Shown here: piece by piece, positions 8,306 to 17,274 of the stretch
Position numbering within the stretch: position 1 is the first letter of the stretch
Layout of the letters: each line of letters starts with the position of its first letter
DNA from: an uncultured virus (IMG/VR IMGVR_UViG_3300037132_000149)
Taxonomy: Duplodnaviria; Heunggongvirae; Uroviricota; Caudoviricetes
Virus record (IMG/VR): IMGVR_UViG_3300037132_000149
Location: 1-64,000 of that record
Length of the DNA stretch: 64,000 nt
Reading direction: 5' to 3' (one strand)
Program-made: the position numbers and the translations under genes
The notes under the pieces: generated by a model
The model's database searches: none
What the model was told of the DNA's origin: nothing
Seen by the model: only the letters and a program-made list of their open reading frames with translations

Positions 8306-10059
8306 TGCCCAGACAAATCAAGCACGAAGACGACTGCCGGCAGACGATTCTGCGCGGCATGGACGCGGTCGCCGACCTGGTCGGCTCAACCCTCGGCCCG
8401 CGCGGCCACACGGTCATCATCGGCCAGCCCATCGGCCCGGCCAAGGTCACCAAGGACGGCGTCACCGTGGCCGAGGGCGTCTCGGTTCCCGATCCCTGGG
8501 AGAACGAGGGCGCCAAGCTGATCCAGCAGGCGGCAAGAAAAACCAACACCGAGGCCGGCGACGGCACCACCGCGGCGACCATCCTCACCCGCGCGCTCTA
8601 CCGCGAGGGTATCCGGCAGGTCACTGCCGGGGCCGACTCTCAAGCCCTGGAGCGGGGCATGCGCCTGGCCGTCACCCGCGTCGTCGAGGAGCTCGGGAAG
8701 ATCGCGACGCCCGTGGCCCAGGAAGACCTGGCAACGCTCGAGGCCGTCGCAACCGTCGCGGCCAACGGCGACAAGGAGATGGGCTCAGAGATCGCAAAGG
8801 CCGTGCACCACGCCGGTCTCGAGGGCAATTACACGCTCGATCCGTCGCTGACCTCGAAGACCACTTTCGAGATCGCCAAGGGCTTGCAATTCCAGCGCGG
8901 CCTCGACAAGTGGCCACAGTTCATGAACGACCAGCGGGGCATGGCCATCTTCGGCGCCTGCAACATCTTCATCACCGACATGCACCTGATCGAAGTCGAG
9001 CAGGCCGCGGCGCTGCTGCGCAAATACTCTTCGTTCGGCGGCATGGTGCCGCTCTTGATCATCTGCGAAGACGTGAGCCAGGGCGCGCTCCAGGTGCTGT
9101 CGGCAAACAACGGCCGCAGCGTCAACGTATGCCCGGTGCGCGCTCCCGGCTCCGGGCTTGAGAAGAAGGAAATCCTCCAGGACATCGCCATCCTGACCGG
9201 CTCGACGGCCGTCATGATTGCGCGCGGCGACAAGATCGAGAGCGTCGACAAAGACCACTTCGGCTCGGCCGACCGCGTTCTGGTCACGCCCGTCCGCACC
9301 ACCATCGTCGGCGGCCACGGTCAGGCCGAGCGCGTTGAACTGCGCAAGGACGAACTCAGGGCCAGGATCAAAGACGCCGAGACTCCCGAGTACGGCCGGG
9401 CGCAGCTCGAGCGGCGGCTGGCCATGATCTCGGCCAAGATCGCCATCATCAAACTCGGCGCCGGCGTCAACTCCAAACTGCTCGAAAAGCGTGACCGCGC
9501 CGAGGACTCGCTCAACGCGACCCTGGGCGCGCTCAAGGAGGGCATCGTCCCCGGCGGCGGCGTGGCGCTGATTCGTACGCTGCCAGGCCTGGGCGAACTG
9601 ATCCAGACCATGGCCGGCGACGAGAAGATCGGCGCGCAGGTAGTCGCCTCGGCCCTCACCGTGCCGCTGGCCACGCTCGCCAAAAACGCCGGCGCCAAAC
9701 CTGATGTCGTCGTCCAGCAGGTGATCGAAATGCCCCTGGCCAAGCGTCTCGAATTTGACGACGCACTGGCCCAGGCAAAGCCCGGCATGGCCGAACCGGA
9801 CGGCGACGTTTACCCGCAGGGTACCGGACGGCTTGACTTTTCCGGCTTGGGCTACAACGCGGCCAGGGACTGCTACGAGCACCTGCCGGCCGCCGGCATC
9901 ATCGATCCGGCCAAGGTGGTGCGGCTCGCGCTCGAGAACGCAGTCGAGCTTTCAGGCTTGCTCATCACCGCCTCGGGCGGCGTCGTCGAGGTGCCGGATC
10001 CAGCGCAGCTCGCGGCGATGGTTGCAGCCCGCCAGGCTGCCCAGGGAGGCCGTCCATGA
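8305..10059 (+). CDS. groEL: Phage-encoded chaperonin GroEL/Cpn60
   Basis: TLGPRG, TKDGVTVA, AGDGTT, GIVPGGG, GIIDPAKV motifs. Confidence 0.97.
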   Translation: MPRQIKHEDDCRQTILRGMDAVADLVGSTLGPRGHTVIIGQPIGPAKVTKDGVTVAEGVSVPDPWENEGAKLIQQAARKTNTEAGDGTTAATILTRALYREGIRQVTAGADSQALERGMRLAVTRVVEELGKIATPVAQEDLATLEAVATVAANGDKEMGSEIAKAVHHAGLEGNYTLDPSLTSKTTFEIAKGLQFQRGLDKWPQFMNDQRGMAIFGACNIFITDMHLIEVEQAAALLRKYSSFGGMVPLLIICEDVSQGALQVLSANNGRSVNVCPVRAPGSGLEKKEILQDIAILTGSTAVMIARGDKIESVDKDHFGSADRVLVTPVRTTIVGGHGQAERVELRKDELRARIKDAETPEYGRAQLERRLAMISAKIAIIKLGAGVNSKLLEKRDRAEDSLNATLGALKEGIVPGGGVALIRTLPGLGELIQTMAGDEKIGAQVVASALTVPLATLAKNAGAKPDVVVQQVIEMPLAKRLEFDDALAQAKPGMAEPDGDVYPQGTGRLDFSGLGYNAARDCYEHLPAAGIIDPAKVVRLALENAVELSGLLITASGGVVEVPDPAQLAAMVAARQAAQGGRP

Positions 10060-10415
10060 CCCAGGTCATCAGCAAACTCATCGAGACGGACCTGCGCGAC
10101 CTCGACGTGCAGTGCGCCAAGCCCGGGGACCGGCCCGTGGTTGAGCCCGGCCGGCATCGCGCAGCTCTTGCGGCCAAACGCCTGCGGCTGCTGGGTCCAC
10201 GGCTTGCCGGCGAGATCATTCGCATCAAGGAGGGCATGGGCTTCGGCTTCATCCGGCCCGACGGCGGGTTGCCTGAGCACTACGTGCACGTCAGCGCCCT
10301 CGTCGATCGCAGCCTCTGGAAGGAAGGCCAGCGCGTAACCTTTGTGCCTGGGCCACCGTCTGGCGGCCGCAAGGCTCCGCCGGCGCTGGCTGTCGAGGCG
10401 GAGGAGGCACCGTGA
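10056..10415 (+). CDS. Cold-shock domain protein with N-terminal extension
   Basis: GFGFI (RNP1), YVHVSAL (RNP2), EGQRVTF. Confidence 0.85.
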   Translation: MTQVISKLIETDLRDLDVQCAKPGDRPVVEPGRHRAALAAKRLRLLGPRLAGEIIRIKEGMGFGFIRPDGGLPEHYVHVSALVDRSLWKEGQRVTFVPGPPSGGRKAPPALAVEAEEAP

Positions 10416-10645
10416 AAATTACTATCGAGAGCACCTCACAGATCGTCACCATCGTCCAGGGCGTCGCTGAAATAACCGCTCGGGTTTGGGAGGGACAGAC
10501 CGAGAGCGGCATCAAGGTCGCCTGCCTGATTCCCAGGATTATGGCAAGTCGAGCCGACGACCTTACCCAGTTTGACGCCGAGCTCAAAGAGCAGCGGGCT
10601 CCGACAGCGGAACTCGATGCCTTTCCGCTGCGCATGATCATCTAG
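10412..10645 (+). CDS. Hypothetical phage protein
   Basis: 77 aa, GTGA-coupled. Confidence 0.7.
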   Translation: MKITIESTSQIVTIVQGVAEITARVWEGQTESGIKVACLIPRIMASRADDLTQFDAELKEQRAPTAELDAFPLRMII

Positions 10646-10709
10646 GGGGACAGTATGCCCATATTTTTCTAGGAGAATTATAGCCTTGACTACCCTGAAA
10701 GGAATCGAG

Positions 10710-11699
10710 ATGACCAAGGATGAATTAATCACAAAATTGCAGAAGATGTTAAAGCTGACCCGCGACCAGCTTTCATGGCTGACCCGCGACCAGCTTTCAT
10801 GGCTGACCCGCGACCAGCTTTCATGGCTGACCCGCGACCAGCTTTCAGGGCTGACCCGCGACCAGCTTTCAGGGCTGACCCGCGACCAGCTTTCATGGCT
10901 GACCAGCGACCAGCTTTCATGGCTGACCAGCGACCAGCTTTCAGGGCTGACCCGCTACCAGCTTTCAGGGCTGACCAGCGACCAGCTTTCAGGGCTGACC
11001 AGCGACCAGCTTTCAGGGCTGACCCGCTACCAGCTTTCAGGGCTGACCAGCGACCAGCTTTCAGGGCTGACCAGCGACCAGCTTTCATGGCTGACCCGCT
11101 ACCAGCTTTCATGGCTGACCCGCGACCAGCTTTCATGGCTGACCCGCGACCAGCTTTCATGGCTGACCCGCGACCAGCTTTCAGGGCTGACCCGCGACCA
11201 GCTTTCATGGCTGACCCGCGACCAGCTTTCATGGCTGACCAGCGACCAGCTTTCAGGGCTGACCAGCGACCAGCTTTCAGGGCTGACCCGCGACCAGCTT
11301 TCAGGGCTGACCCGCTACCAGCTTTCAGGGCTGACCAGCGACCAGCTTTCAGGGCTGACCCGCGACCAGCTTTCAGGGCTGACCAGCGACCAGCTTTCAT
11401 GGCTGACCCGCTACCAGCTTTCAGGGCTGACCCGCGACCAGCTTTCAGGGCTGACCAGCGACCAGCTTTCATGGCTGACCCGCTACCAGCTTTCAGGGCT
11501 GACCCGCTACCAGCTTTCAGGGCTGACCCGCGACCAGCTTTCAGGGCTGACCCGCTACCAGCTTTCATGGCTGACCAGCGACCAGCTTTCAGGGCTGACC
11601 CGCGACCAGCTTTCAGGGCTGACCAGCGACCAGCTTTCAGGGCTGACCGATGAAACTCTGGAAGCCATCATCGAGACCTTAGGAAATTCTAGGGGGTAA
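10710..11699 (+). CDS. Octapeptide-repeat protein LT(R/S)(D/Y)QLS(W/G) x37
   Basis: RBS AAAGGA; unique N- and C-terminal caps in frame with the repeats. Confidence 0.75.
   Translation: MTKDELITKLQKMLKLTRDQLSWLTRDQLSWLTRDQLSWLTRDQLSGLTRDQLSGLTRDQLSWLTSDQLSWLTSDQLSGLTRYQLSGLTSDQLSGLTSDQLSGLTRYQLSGLTSDQLSGLTSDQLSWLTRYQLSWLTRDQLSWLTRDQLSWLTRDQLSGLTRDQLSWLTRDQLSWLTSDQLSGLTSDQLSGLTRDQLSGLTRYQLSGLTSDQLSGLTRDQLSGLTSDQLSWLTRYQLSGLTRDQLSGLTSDQLSWLTRYQLSGLTRYQLSGLTRDQLSGLTRYQLSWLTSDQLSGLTRDQLSGLTSDQLSGLTDETLEAIIETLGNSRG
10755..11642 (+). repeat. 37 x 24-bp tandem repeat CTGACC(C/A)GC(G/T)ACCAGCTTTCA(T/G)GG
   Basis: Counted directly: 888 bp, only three variable positions. Confidence 0.98.
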
Positions 11700-11701
11700 G
11701 G

Positions 11702-11941
11702 ATGCCTATGTTGTTCAGACAACCCGGCGGAATCGTTGAACTCTCCGACCGCGGCGAGTGGCTCCGAATCACCCGCGAGGTGCCCATGGCCAATGCGATG
11801 GCGCCCTTTGCCGCCTCTGAGCGTGCGCGCCTGCTGCCACACTGGCAGCGCATCGGCCGGCGGATCCGCGTGGCAACGCTTGCCGCGGCCCTGCTGTTCT
11901 TTATTTTGGGCCTGGCCCTGATGATGTGGGTGACGCCATGA
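11702..11941 (+). CDS. Small membrane protein
   Basis: C-terminal hydrophobic helix. Confidence 0.65.
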   Translation: MPMLFRQPGGIVELSDRGEWLRITREVPMANAMAPFAASERARLLPHWQRIGRRIRVATLAAALLFFILGLALMMWVTP

Positions 11942-12486
11942 CGAACCAGATCGACGAGGCCGCGGCCATCAGAGACGCCGCGACCATGGGCATTACCGAC
12001 CTGATGGCCAAACACCGGATCGGCTACGGCCGGGCGCTCAAATTGCAGCGCGCCGCCGGCGAACAGTCTGACGCAGCCGAGGCGGCGGCGCTGCCCGACC
12101 TGCGCAGTGCGTTTGACCGCGACGAACCAACTGCGACAGAAACAGGCTCGAACGAGGAGCGGCCAGACGCCGGAGCACCGATCGAGCCAAGCGGCGACAT
12201 CCGTTTGGCGGCCGCCGCTGCGATCGTTAAGAACGGGCAACCGTTCACGATCTCCCTCAATGTTCCCGAAGAAAGGCTCGAGGACCTGGTTCACGGGTTG
12301 GCCCGGGAGGAGGCAATCGCAGCTCTGCTACGGCTCAATCCAGACGAGACCGGCCGACTGCTCAGTTTTATTCTCCAGGCGCGGCTCGACCGCATGCTGT
12401 TTGGCCCGCCAGAGGCCGAGATGGCCAGTCTGGGCGAGCGGCTCCTACGGATGCGCGCGCCAGGCCCTGGCCTGGCCGCTCAGTAA
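11938..12486 (+). CDS. Hypothetical protein
   Basis: ATGA-coupled ORF. Confidence 0.65.
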   Translation: MTNQIDEAAAIRDAATMGITDLMAKHRIGYGRALKLQRAAGEQSDAAEAAALPDLRSAFDRDEPTATETGSNEERPDAGAPIEPSGDIRLAAAAAIVKNGQPFTISLNVPEERLEDLVHGLAREEAIAALLRLNPDETGRLLSFILQARLDRMLFGPPEAEMASLGERLLRMRAPGPGLAAQ

Positions 12487-12513
12487 CCCGACGCGCTGGG
12501 AGGCGCGACTAAG

Positions 12514-12897
12514 ATGGCTGACACCAAACTCGAACCCGTCAATCTTGGGTCCATCGCGCGCGGCGCGCTGATGAAACTCTTCGAGGTGGAGATCCAGAAG
12601 ATCGCCGCCAACATCGCCGACCGCTCGACTCCGGCCACGGCCAAGCGCGAGATCACCCTCAAAATCGAGTTCAAGCCCGACACCGACCGGCGCTCGATCG
12701 ACGTCACCACCTCCGCCGGCTGCCGGCTCGCCTCGGTCGAAGCGCACGCCAGCCGCCTTTACACCGGCAAAGGCGTCGACGGCCAGATGTACCTTTTCGA
12801 CGAGGATCCGCGCCAGGAGATGCTGTTCGCGCCCCCGGCCGAAGACCCGAACATGCTCCAGTTCCCCACCGGCACCGCCGGCGGGAACGGCAGCTAA
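12514..12897 (+). CDS. Conserved phage protein (family often labelled 'replication terminator'; YfdP-like partner)
   Basis: GAL..F..E..KI..NIAD..T.ATAKREITLKIEFKP motif; adjacent to its usual partner. Confidence 0.6.
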   Translation: MADTKLEPVNLGSIARGALMKLFEVEIQKIAANIADRSTPATAKREITLKIEFKPDTDRRSIDVTTSAGCRLASVEAHASRLYTGKGVDGQMYLFDEDPRQEMLFAPPAEDPNMLQFPTGTAGGNGS

Positions 12898-12943
12898 ACC
12901 GCAACCGTCAACCCACTCAGGCGCTTCCGGAGGAGCGCATGCC

Positions 12944-13729
12944 ATGGATGCAGAAACTGTCGATAAAATTGCGGCGCTGGCGAAGCAGGCCACCGACCGC
13001 GTTGAGCTGACCACCGCGCTGGCGCTGCCCTACGACGGCGCAAGCGTGAACTATCTTTTCAAAACCAACGTCACCGAGTACGGCATCGAGCTGGGCGACC
13101 GGGTTGCGCCGTTGCGGCCGCAGGCCCTGCAGGTCGAAACCCTGACCGGCTTCATCGACGCGGTAAGGGGCGGCGTCGCCGGAGACATCACAAAGGGCCG
13201 CGTCGTGCACGTCGAGGATCCCTTTACCGTCAAGGTTCTTGACGCCGAGCCCGACACCTTTGGCGTGCGCAACCTGCGCCTGGTCGCGAAGTTCAAGCCC
13301 ACGGGTCAGTTCGAGTTCGAGACCTACACACCCGGCGAGAAGTTCATTATCGCTTTGCGCACCTGCTTCCTTTTCACCGAGGGCGACGACTCTCTCTGGA
13401 TGCTCAAACTCGCCTCAAACTTGAAGGCCGGCGAGACTGTGCACGCCCAGGACGACGGCGTCAACCAGACGGTCACCATGAAACTCAACCAGGTCGAGTC
13501 GGTCGACGTTCCGGTAAAGCCCGAGATCGTGCTCTGCCCAATCCGCACCTTCGCCGAGGTCGCGCCGGCGATCGAGCGCTTTCTGCTGCGGCTCAAGCCG
13601 GCGGCGAGCCAGCTCCCACTGATTGCCTTGTTCCCGCTCGGGGGCACCAAGTGGAAGGGCGACACGATGCTCGCGATCAAGCACTACCTCGCCAAGCACC
13701 TGCCAGAGAACTCGACCATTCTGGCTTGA
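12944..13729 (+). CDS. Conserved phage protein (DUF2303/YfdQ-like)
   Basis: TLTGFID, DDGVNQTVT, L.PIRTFAEV motifs. Confidence 0.6.
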   Translation: MDAETVDKIAALAKQATDRVELTTALALPYDGASVNYLFKTNVTEYGIELGDRVAPLRPQALQVETLTGFIDAVRGGVAGDITKGRVVHVEDPFTVKVLDAEPDTFGVRNLRLVAKFKPTGQFEFETYTPGEKFIIALRTCFLFTEGDDSLWMLKLASNLKAGETVHAQDDGVNQTVTMKLNQVESVDVPVKPEIVLCPIRTFAEVAPAIERFLLRLKPAASQLPLIALFPLGGTKWKGDTMLAIKHYLAKHLPENSTILA

Positions 13730-13792
13730 AACCGGAGGGGCCCCCGACGAAAAACGGTCGCCCCTCCAACACCTCGCACACCGGAGGCACCC

Positions 13793-14257
13793 ATGCCAAT
13801 TTTCCGCACCAGACAGATGCGCGTCCTGGCCGAGCGTAACCAGCCCGGCGCCTGGCCCAGGATTCACGAGATGCTGCACGTCACAGGCAGCAAAATGGGC
13901 TCCTACGCCCACTCGGCCGACGGCGTCGTCACCATCACCACGGTTGACGGCGTGGTGCGCGCCCATCCCGGCGACTGGATTGTGAAAGACCAGACCGGCA
14001 CCATCTACGTGCACACCCCCGACAACTTCGCGGCGACGTTTGAGGCGCCGCCAGACGAGGGCAGCCGGATGGCCACGCTCGACCGCGATCAAAAGGTCGG
14101 TCTTGCCGGCCAGCGGCCGGGCGAGCTCTTCACCGTTGAATCGTCGGAGATGCTCGAGGGTCGACGCTTCTATCGGCTCCGCGAGATCCCGGGCGGCCTC
14201 TTCCTGCGCGAGTCGCTCGAGTCAACGCCCTCATCGGCGCCGCCAGCAAACCAGTAA
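13793..14257 (+). CDS. PGDYG-like phage protein
   Basis: TVDG...AHPGDWIVK...Y...PDNFAATFE. Confidence 0.6.
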   Translation: MPIFRTRQMRVLAERNQPGAWPRIHEMLHVTGSKMGSYAHSADGVVTITTVDGVVRAHPGDWIVKDQTGTIYVHTPDNFAATFEAPPDEGSRMATLDRDQKVGLAGQRPGELFTVESSEMLEGRRFYRLREIPGGLFLRESLESTPSSAPPANQ

Positions 14258-14269
14258 GAGGATGCCGCC

Positions 14270-14680
14270 ATGGCCAGATACAGAGAACTGCCGGTCGTCG
14301 TCGATGCCACGCAGTGGTTTAAGAACGGCGACCACCCAGACGATTACACCCGGTCGCGGCGCGGCCTCACGGCCACGGGCACCGCGCTCTTCTCTGCCGA
14401 GCACGCTAGGCGGCAGGGCTGGGAGGGCGACGTGGTGCGCTACTACCGCGACCCGTTGGTCCCTGGGTCTTTGCTCTGCATGGACTGCGGCAAGACCATG
14501 CACGTCCACGGGTGGCTCGATACCGGGGGGAGCGGCCAGGCGGTCTGCCCTGGCGACTTTGTCGTCACCGGCGTCGACGGCAAGCCCTTCGCTGTAAAGC
14601 CGGATGCCTTCAAGCAACGCTACCAGCGGGTCATCCAGCCACCGGCCAGTGTGACCGAGAATTTACCGGAGCCGCTGTGA
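14270..14680 (+). CDS. PGDYG-like phage protein with Zn-binding insert
   Basis: YRELPVVVDATQW...CMDC....H.HGW...VCPGDFVV...KPDAF. Confidence 0.7.
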   Translation: MARYRELPVVVDATQWFKNGDHPDDYTRSRRGLTATGTALFSAEHARRQGWEGDVVRYYRDPLVPGSLLCMDCGKTMHVHGWLDTGGSGQAVCPGDFVVTGVDGKPFAVKPDAFKQRYQRVIQPPASVTENLPEPL

Positions 14681-14916
14681 AAGAGTGCGCGCTCTGCCAC
14701 CGGCCATTCGGCGCGACGAAGCGGCTTTGCTTCGCCTGCGGCCGGCCCATTCTTAAAAATCACAAGTGGCACGTCGTCGGTTGCTACATCGTGCACGATG
14801 ACTGCCAGAACCCAACCCAGCGGCCCCTGGTGCGCACGCCGGCGCCGTCCGGGGCTATACCCTTCCAGACGGCCGACGCGCCCGAGGAGGCAGCAGAGGA
14901 GCGTAATGCGGCCTAA
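14677..14916 (+). CDS. Small Cys/His-rich Zn-finger protein
   Basis: GTGA-coupled; CALC, CFAC, HDDC. Confidence 0.55.
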   Translation: MKECALCHRPFGATKRLCFACGRPILKNHKWHVVGCYIVHDDCQNPTQRPLVRTPAPSGAIPFQTADAPEEAAEERNAA

Positions 14917-15346
14917 AAAAATTATTCTGATCGCCGACCCCAACGAGCAGCGGCTCTCGGTCATGCTCTACACCCTCGCCACAAACGGCTACCGCGTGCT
15001 GCGTGCGTCGTCCAGCCAGGAGGCGGTCGCGTCCTACGCGACAGCCGAGATCGTCGACCTCGTGATCGTCTCCGAGACCAAGGACAACCCGCAGTTCCCG
15101 GCCCGGCAATTGGTCGAGCAGTTGCGCAAGTTGCGCCGGCACATTCCGGTGCTGCTGCTCACCGACGGCGAGCCCCAGGCCGGCGATCTCTGGGCCGACG
15201 CGGTCGTCGCGAGAATTGCGTGCCCGTCGCTCGAGCTGCTGGAGCGCGCGAGGGTCATGAGCGCGCGCAAGCGCGGACCCAGAAAAGTGGAATTCAGCAA
15301 GGCTCCGGCGGCCGAGCCCGTCGTCATTGAGGCGGTCGCGCGATGA
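14906..15346 (+). CDS. Single-domain response-regulator receiver, degenerate (pseudo-receiver)
   Basis: ILIADPNE, GYRV, VDLVIVSE, IPVLLLT, basic tail RKRGPRK. Confidence 0.8.
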   Translation: MRPKKIILIADPNEQRLSVMLYTLATNGYRVLRASSSQEAVASYATAEIVDLVIVSETKDNPQFPARQLVEQLRKLRRHIPVLLLTDGEPQAGDLWADAVVARIACPSLELLERARVMSARKRGPRKVEFSKAPAAEPVVIEAVAR

Positions 15347-15567
15347 AAACGTCCCGACCGGGGTCCGAGGTTCGCGAAGTGATGGATATTCGCCAGGCCG
15401 CGGCGTACCTGCAGCTCTCCTCAGACACCATTTATAAATACGCCCTGCAGGGCAAGATCCCGGCTTTCAAACTCGGCAACCGCTGGCGTTTTACCCGTGG
15501 TCAGCTCAACAGGTGGATGGATCAACTGTCAGATGGAGGCAAAGATGGGCACCAGGACCGGCATTGA
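15343..15567 (+). CDS. HTH_17 excisionase-like DNA-binding protein
   Basis: MDIRQAAAYL..S.DTIY.....GKIPAFKLGNRWRF. Confidence 0.85.
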   Translation: MKTSRPGSEVREVMDIRQAAAYLQLSSDTIYKYALQGKIPAFKLGNRWRFTRGQLNRWMDQLSDGGKDGHQDRH

Positions 15568-16822
15568 ATGGACCGACTCCACATGGTCGCCGATGCGCGC
15601 GCGAGTGAAGCCCGACGCGGTAGCGATTGCCGTAGAAAAGGGCTACACGTCGCTGGTTGCGATTGCCGACAAGATGGCAGGCCGCACCGGGCAGCACTGC
15701 GAGCATGTCTCGCCGGGTTGCGAGCGCTGCTACGCCGAAACCAACAATCACCGCTGCCTGCCGGCCAACGGCACCGGGTTGCCCTACGATCGACGATCGC
15801 GCGATCTGGTCGAGGCCTTCGTCGACGAGAACGCGCTGATGCAGCCGTTCCATTGGCGGCCTGTTCTCCAGAACGACGGGACATACCTGAGAGGCAGCGA
15901 ACAGGCGCGGCGCATGGCCCAGTTGCCGGCGCATCGTCCGCGGCGCATCTTTGTCGAGAACCAGTCGGACCTCTTCGGCGAGTGGGTGACGGACCAGATG
16001 CTCGACCGCGTCTTCGCGGTGATGGCGCTGTGCCAGTGGCATATCTTTCAGGTGCTGACCAAGCGGCCGGCGCGGCTGCAGAGCTATTGTTCCGACGACG
16101 CGGCCCTAGGCCGCATCCTGCGCGCGGCAGACGGGTTAGCCAAAATCTTGAAAGGCCGGGCAGTGATGAAGGCCTGGGAAGTGGACGACGGTATGGGGGG
16201 CCGCCACCTTCCCAACGTCTGGCTGGGCGTGAGCGTTGAGAATCAGGCCGCGGCCGACGAGCGGATCCCGCTGCTACTTAGGACGCCAGCGGCCGTGCGG
16301 TTCATCTCAGCGGAGCCGCTGCTGGGGCCGATTGCGTTACCGCATCTCGTCTCCTTAGCCTGCATGGTCACGAGCGAGCTTCCAATTCCGCCAGCATTAA
16401 GCGTTCCCGCTGGCCAGCACATTGCGTTCTCAAATCCGCACGGAGCTCTTGCCGTCGCCGCCCAGGGTGGCGGTCTGCTCGGCATAAAGCCCGGCGAGTT
16501 TGTCGATCAGGGCACTGGCCTCGATTGGGTGATCTGCGGCGGCGAGAGCGGGCCTGGCGCGCGGGTGATGCACCCGGCTTGGGCGCGTAGCCTGCGCGAC
16601 CAATGCGTGGACCCGGGCGTGCCGTTTTTCTTTAAGCAGTGGGGCGCTTGGCGCCCGGCTAAGGATGGCAGGCTGATCGTCGCAGAGGATGGCCACATCC
16701 GGCCGAAGCACGAGACCCTCACCGACAAAGATTGCCGCATGCGTCGCGAGGCCAAGAAGGCCGCCGGCGCCGAGCTCGACGGCCGCGAGTGGCGGGAGTT
16801 CCCCGAGAGCGTGAGGCTGTGA
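15545..16822 (+). CDS. DUF5131 / Gp37Gp68 family protein
   Basis: TGIEWTD.TW, CEHVSPGCERCYA, SDLF, QVLTKRP, SAEPLLG, DWVICGGESG, PFFFKQWG. Confidence 0.92.
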   Translation: MGTRTGIEWTDSTWSPMRARVKPDAVAIAVEKGYTSLVAIADKMAGRTGQHCEHVSPGCERCYAETNNHRCLPANGTGLPYDRRSRDLVEAFVDENALMQPFHWRPVLQNDGTYLRGSEQARRMAQLPAHRPRRIFVENQSDLFGEWVTDQMLDRVFAVMALCQWHIFQVLTKRPARLQSYCSDDAALGRILRAADGLAKILKGRAVMKAWEVDDGMGGRHLPNVWLGVSVENQAAADERIPLLLRTPAAVRFISAEPLLGPIALPHLVSLACMVTSELPIPPALSVPAGQHIAFSNPHGALAVAAQGGGLLGIKPGEFVDQGTGLDWVICGGESGPGARVMHPAWARSLRDQCVDPGVPFFFKQWGAWRPAKDGRLIVAEDGHIRPKHETLTDKDCRMRREAKKAAGAELDGREWREFPESVRL

Positions 16823-17274
16823 AGCTAAGCCCGGCGCAGCGCAAAGAACTGCGCGGAATGTTCGGCGGCCGCTGCGCCTACTGCGGCGAGAACCTAGCCG
16901 ACAAGTGGCATGCGGATCACGTCGAGCCGATTGAGCGAGAGACAGAGTTTGTTCTCAGCGTCACAGGCTACGGTTACGAAACCACGAGCGCCGGGTATAC
17001 AAAGAGCCGAGCCACGGGCCGTCTCCGCAAACCCCAAAACGAGCGCATAGACAACCTTTTCCCGGCGTGCGTTCGGTGCAACATTCTCAAGTCCAACGCA
17101 GACGTGGAGGGGTTCAGGACTATGCTCACCTACTTTGCCGAGAGCATCCCGCGAATCGCCGGCTACTCCCATGTGCATCATTTGATGCGATTTGGGAAGA
17201 TCACCATCGACCCAACGCCGGTCATTTTCTGGTTTGAGAAATACAGAGCGCAACGGACGGAGGCTCCAGATTGA
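16819..17274 (+). CDS. HNH endonuclease
   Basis: GRCAYCG...DHVEP...NLFPACVRCN..K. Confidence 0.88.
   Translation: MKLSPAQRKELRGMFGGRCAYCGENLADKWHADHVEPIERETEFVLSVTGYGYETTSAGYTKSRATGRLRKPQNERIDNLFPACVRCNILKSNADVEGFRTMLTYFAESIPRIAGYSHVHHLMRFGKITIDPTPVIFWFEKYRAQRTEAPD

Noticed and set aside
10755..11642. 24-bp array as a CRISPR array
   Set aside because: Units are contiguous with no unique spacers; no cas genes
10729..11653. Alternative-frame repeat ORFs (ADPRPAF and KAGRGSA)
   Set aside because: Open only because the unit lacks stops; they lack an RBS and unique caps, unlike 10710-11699
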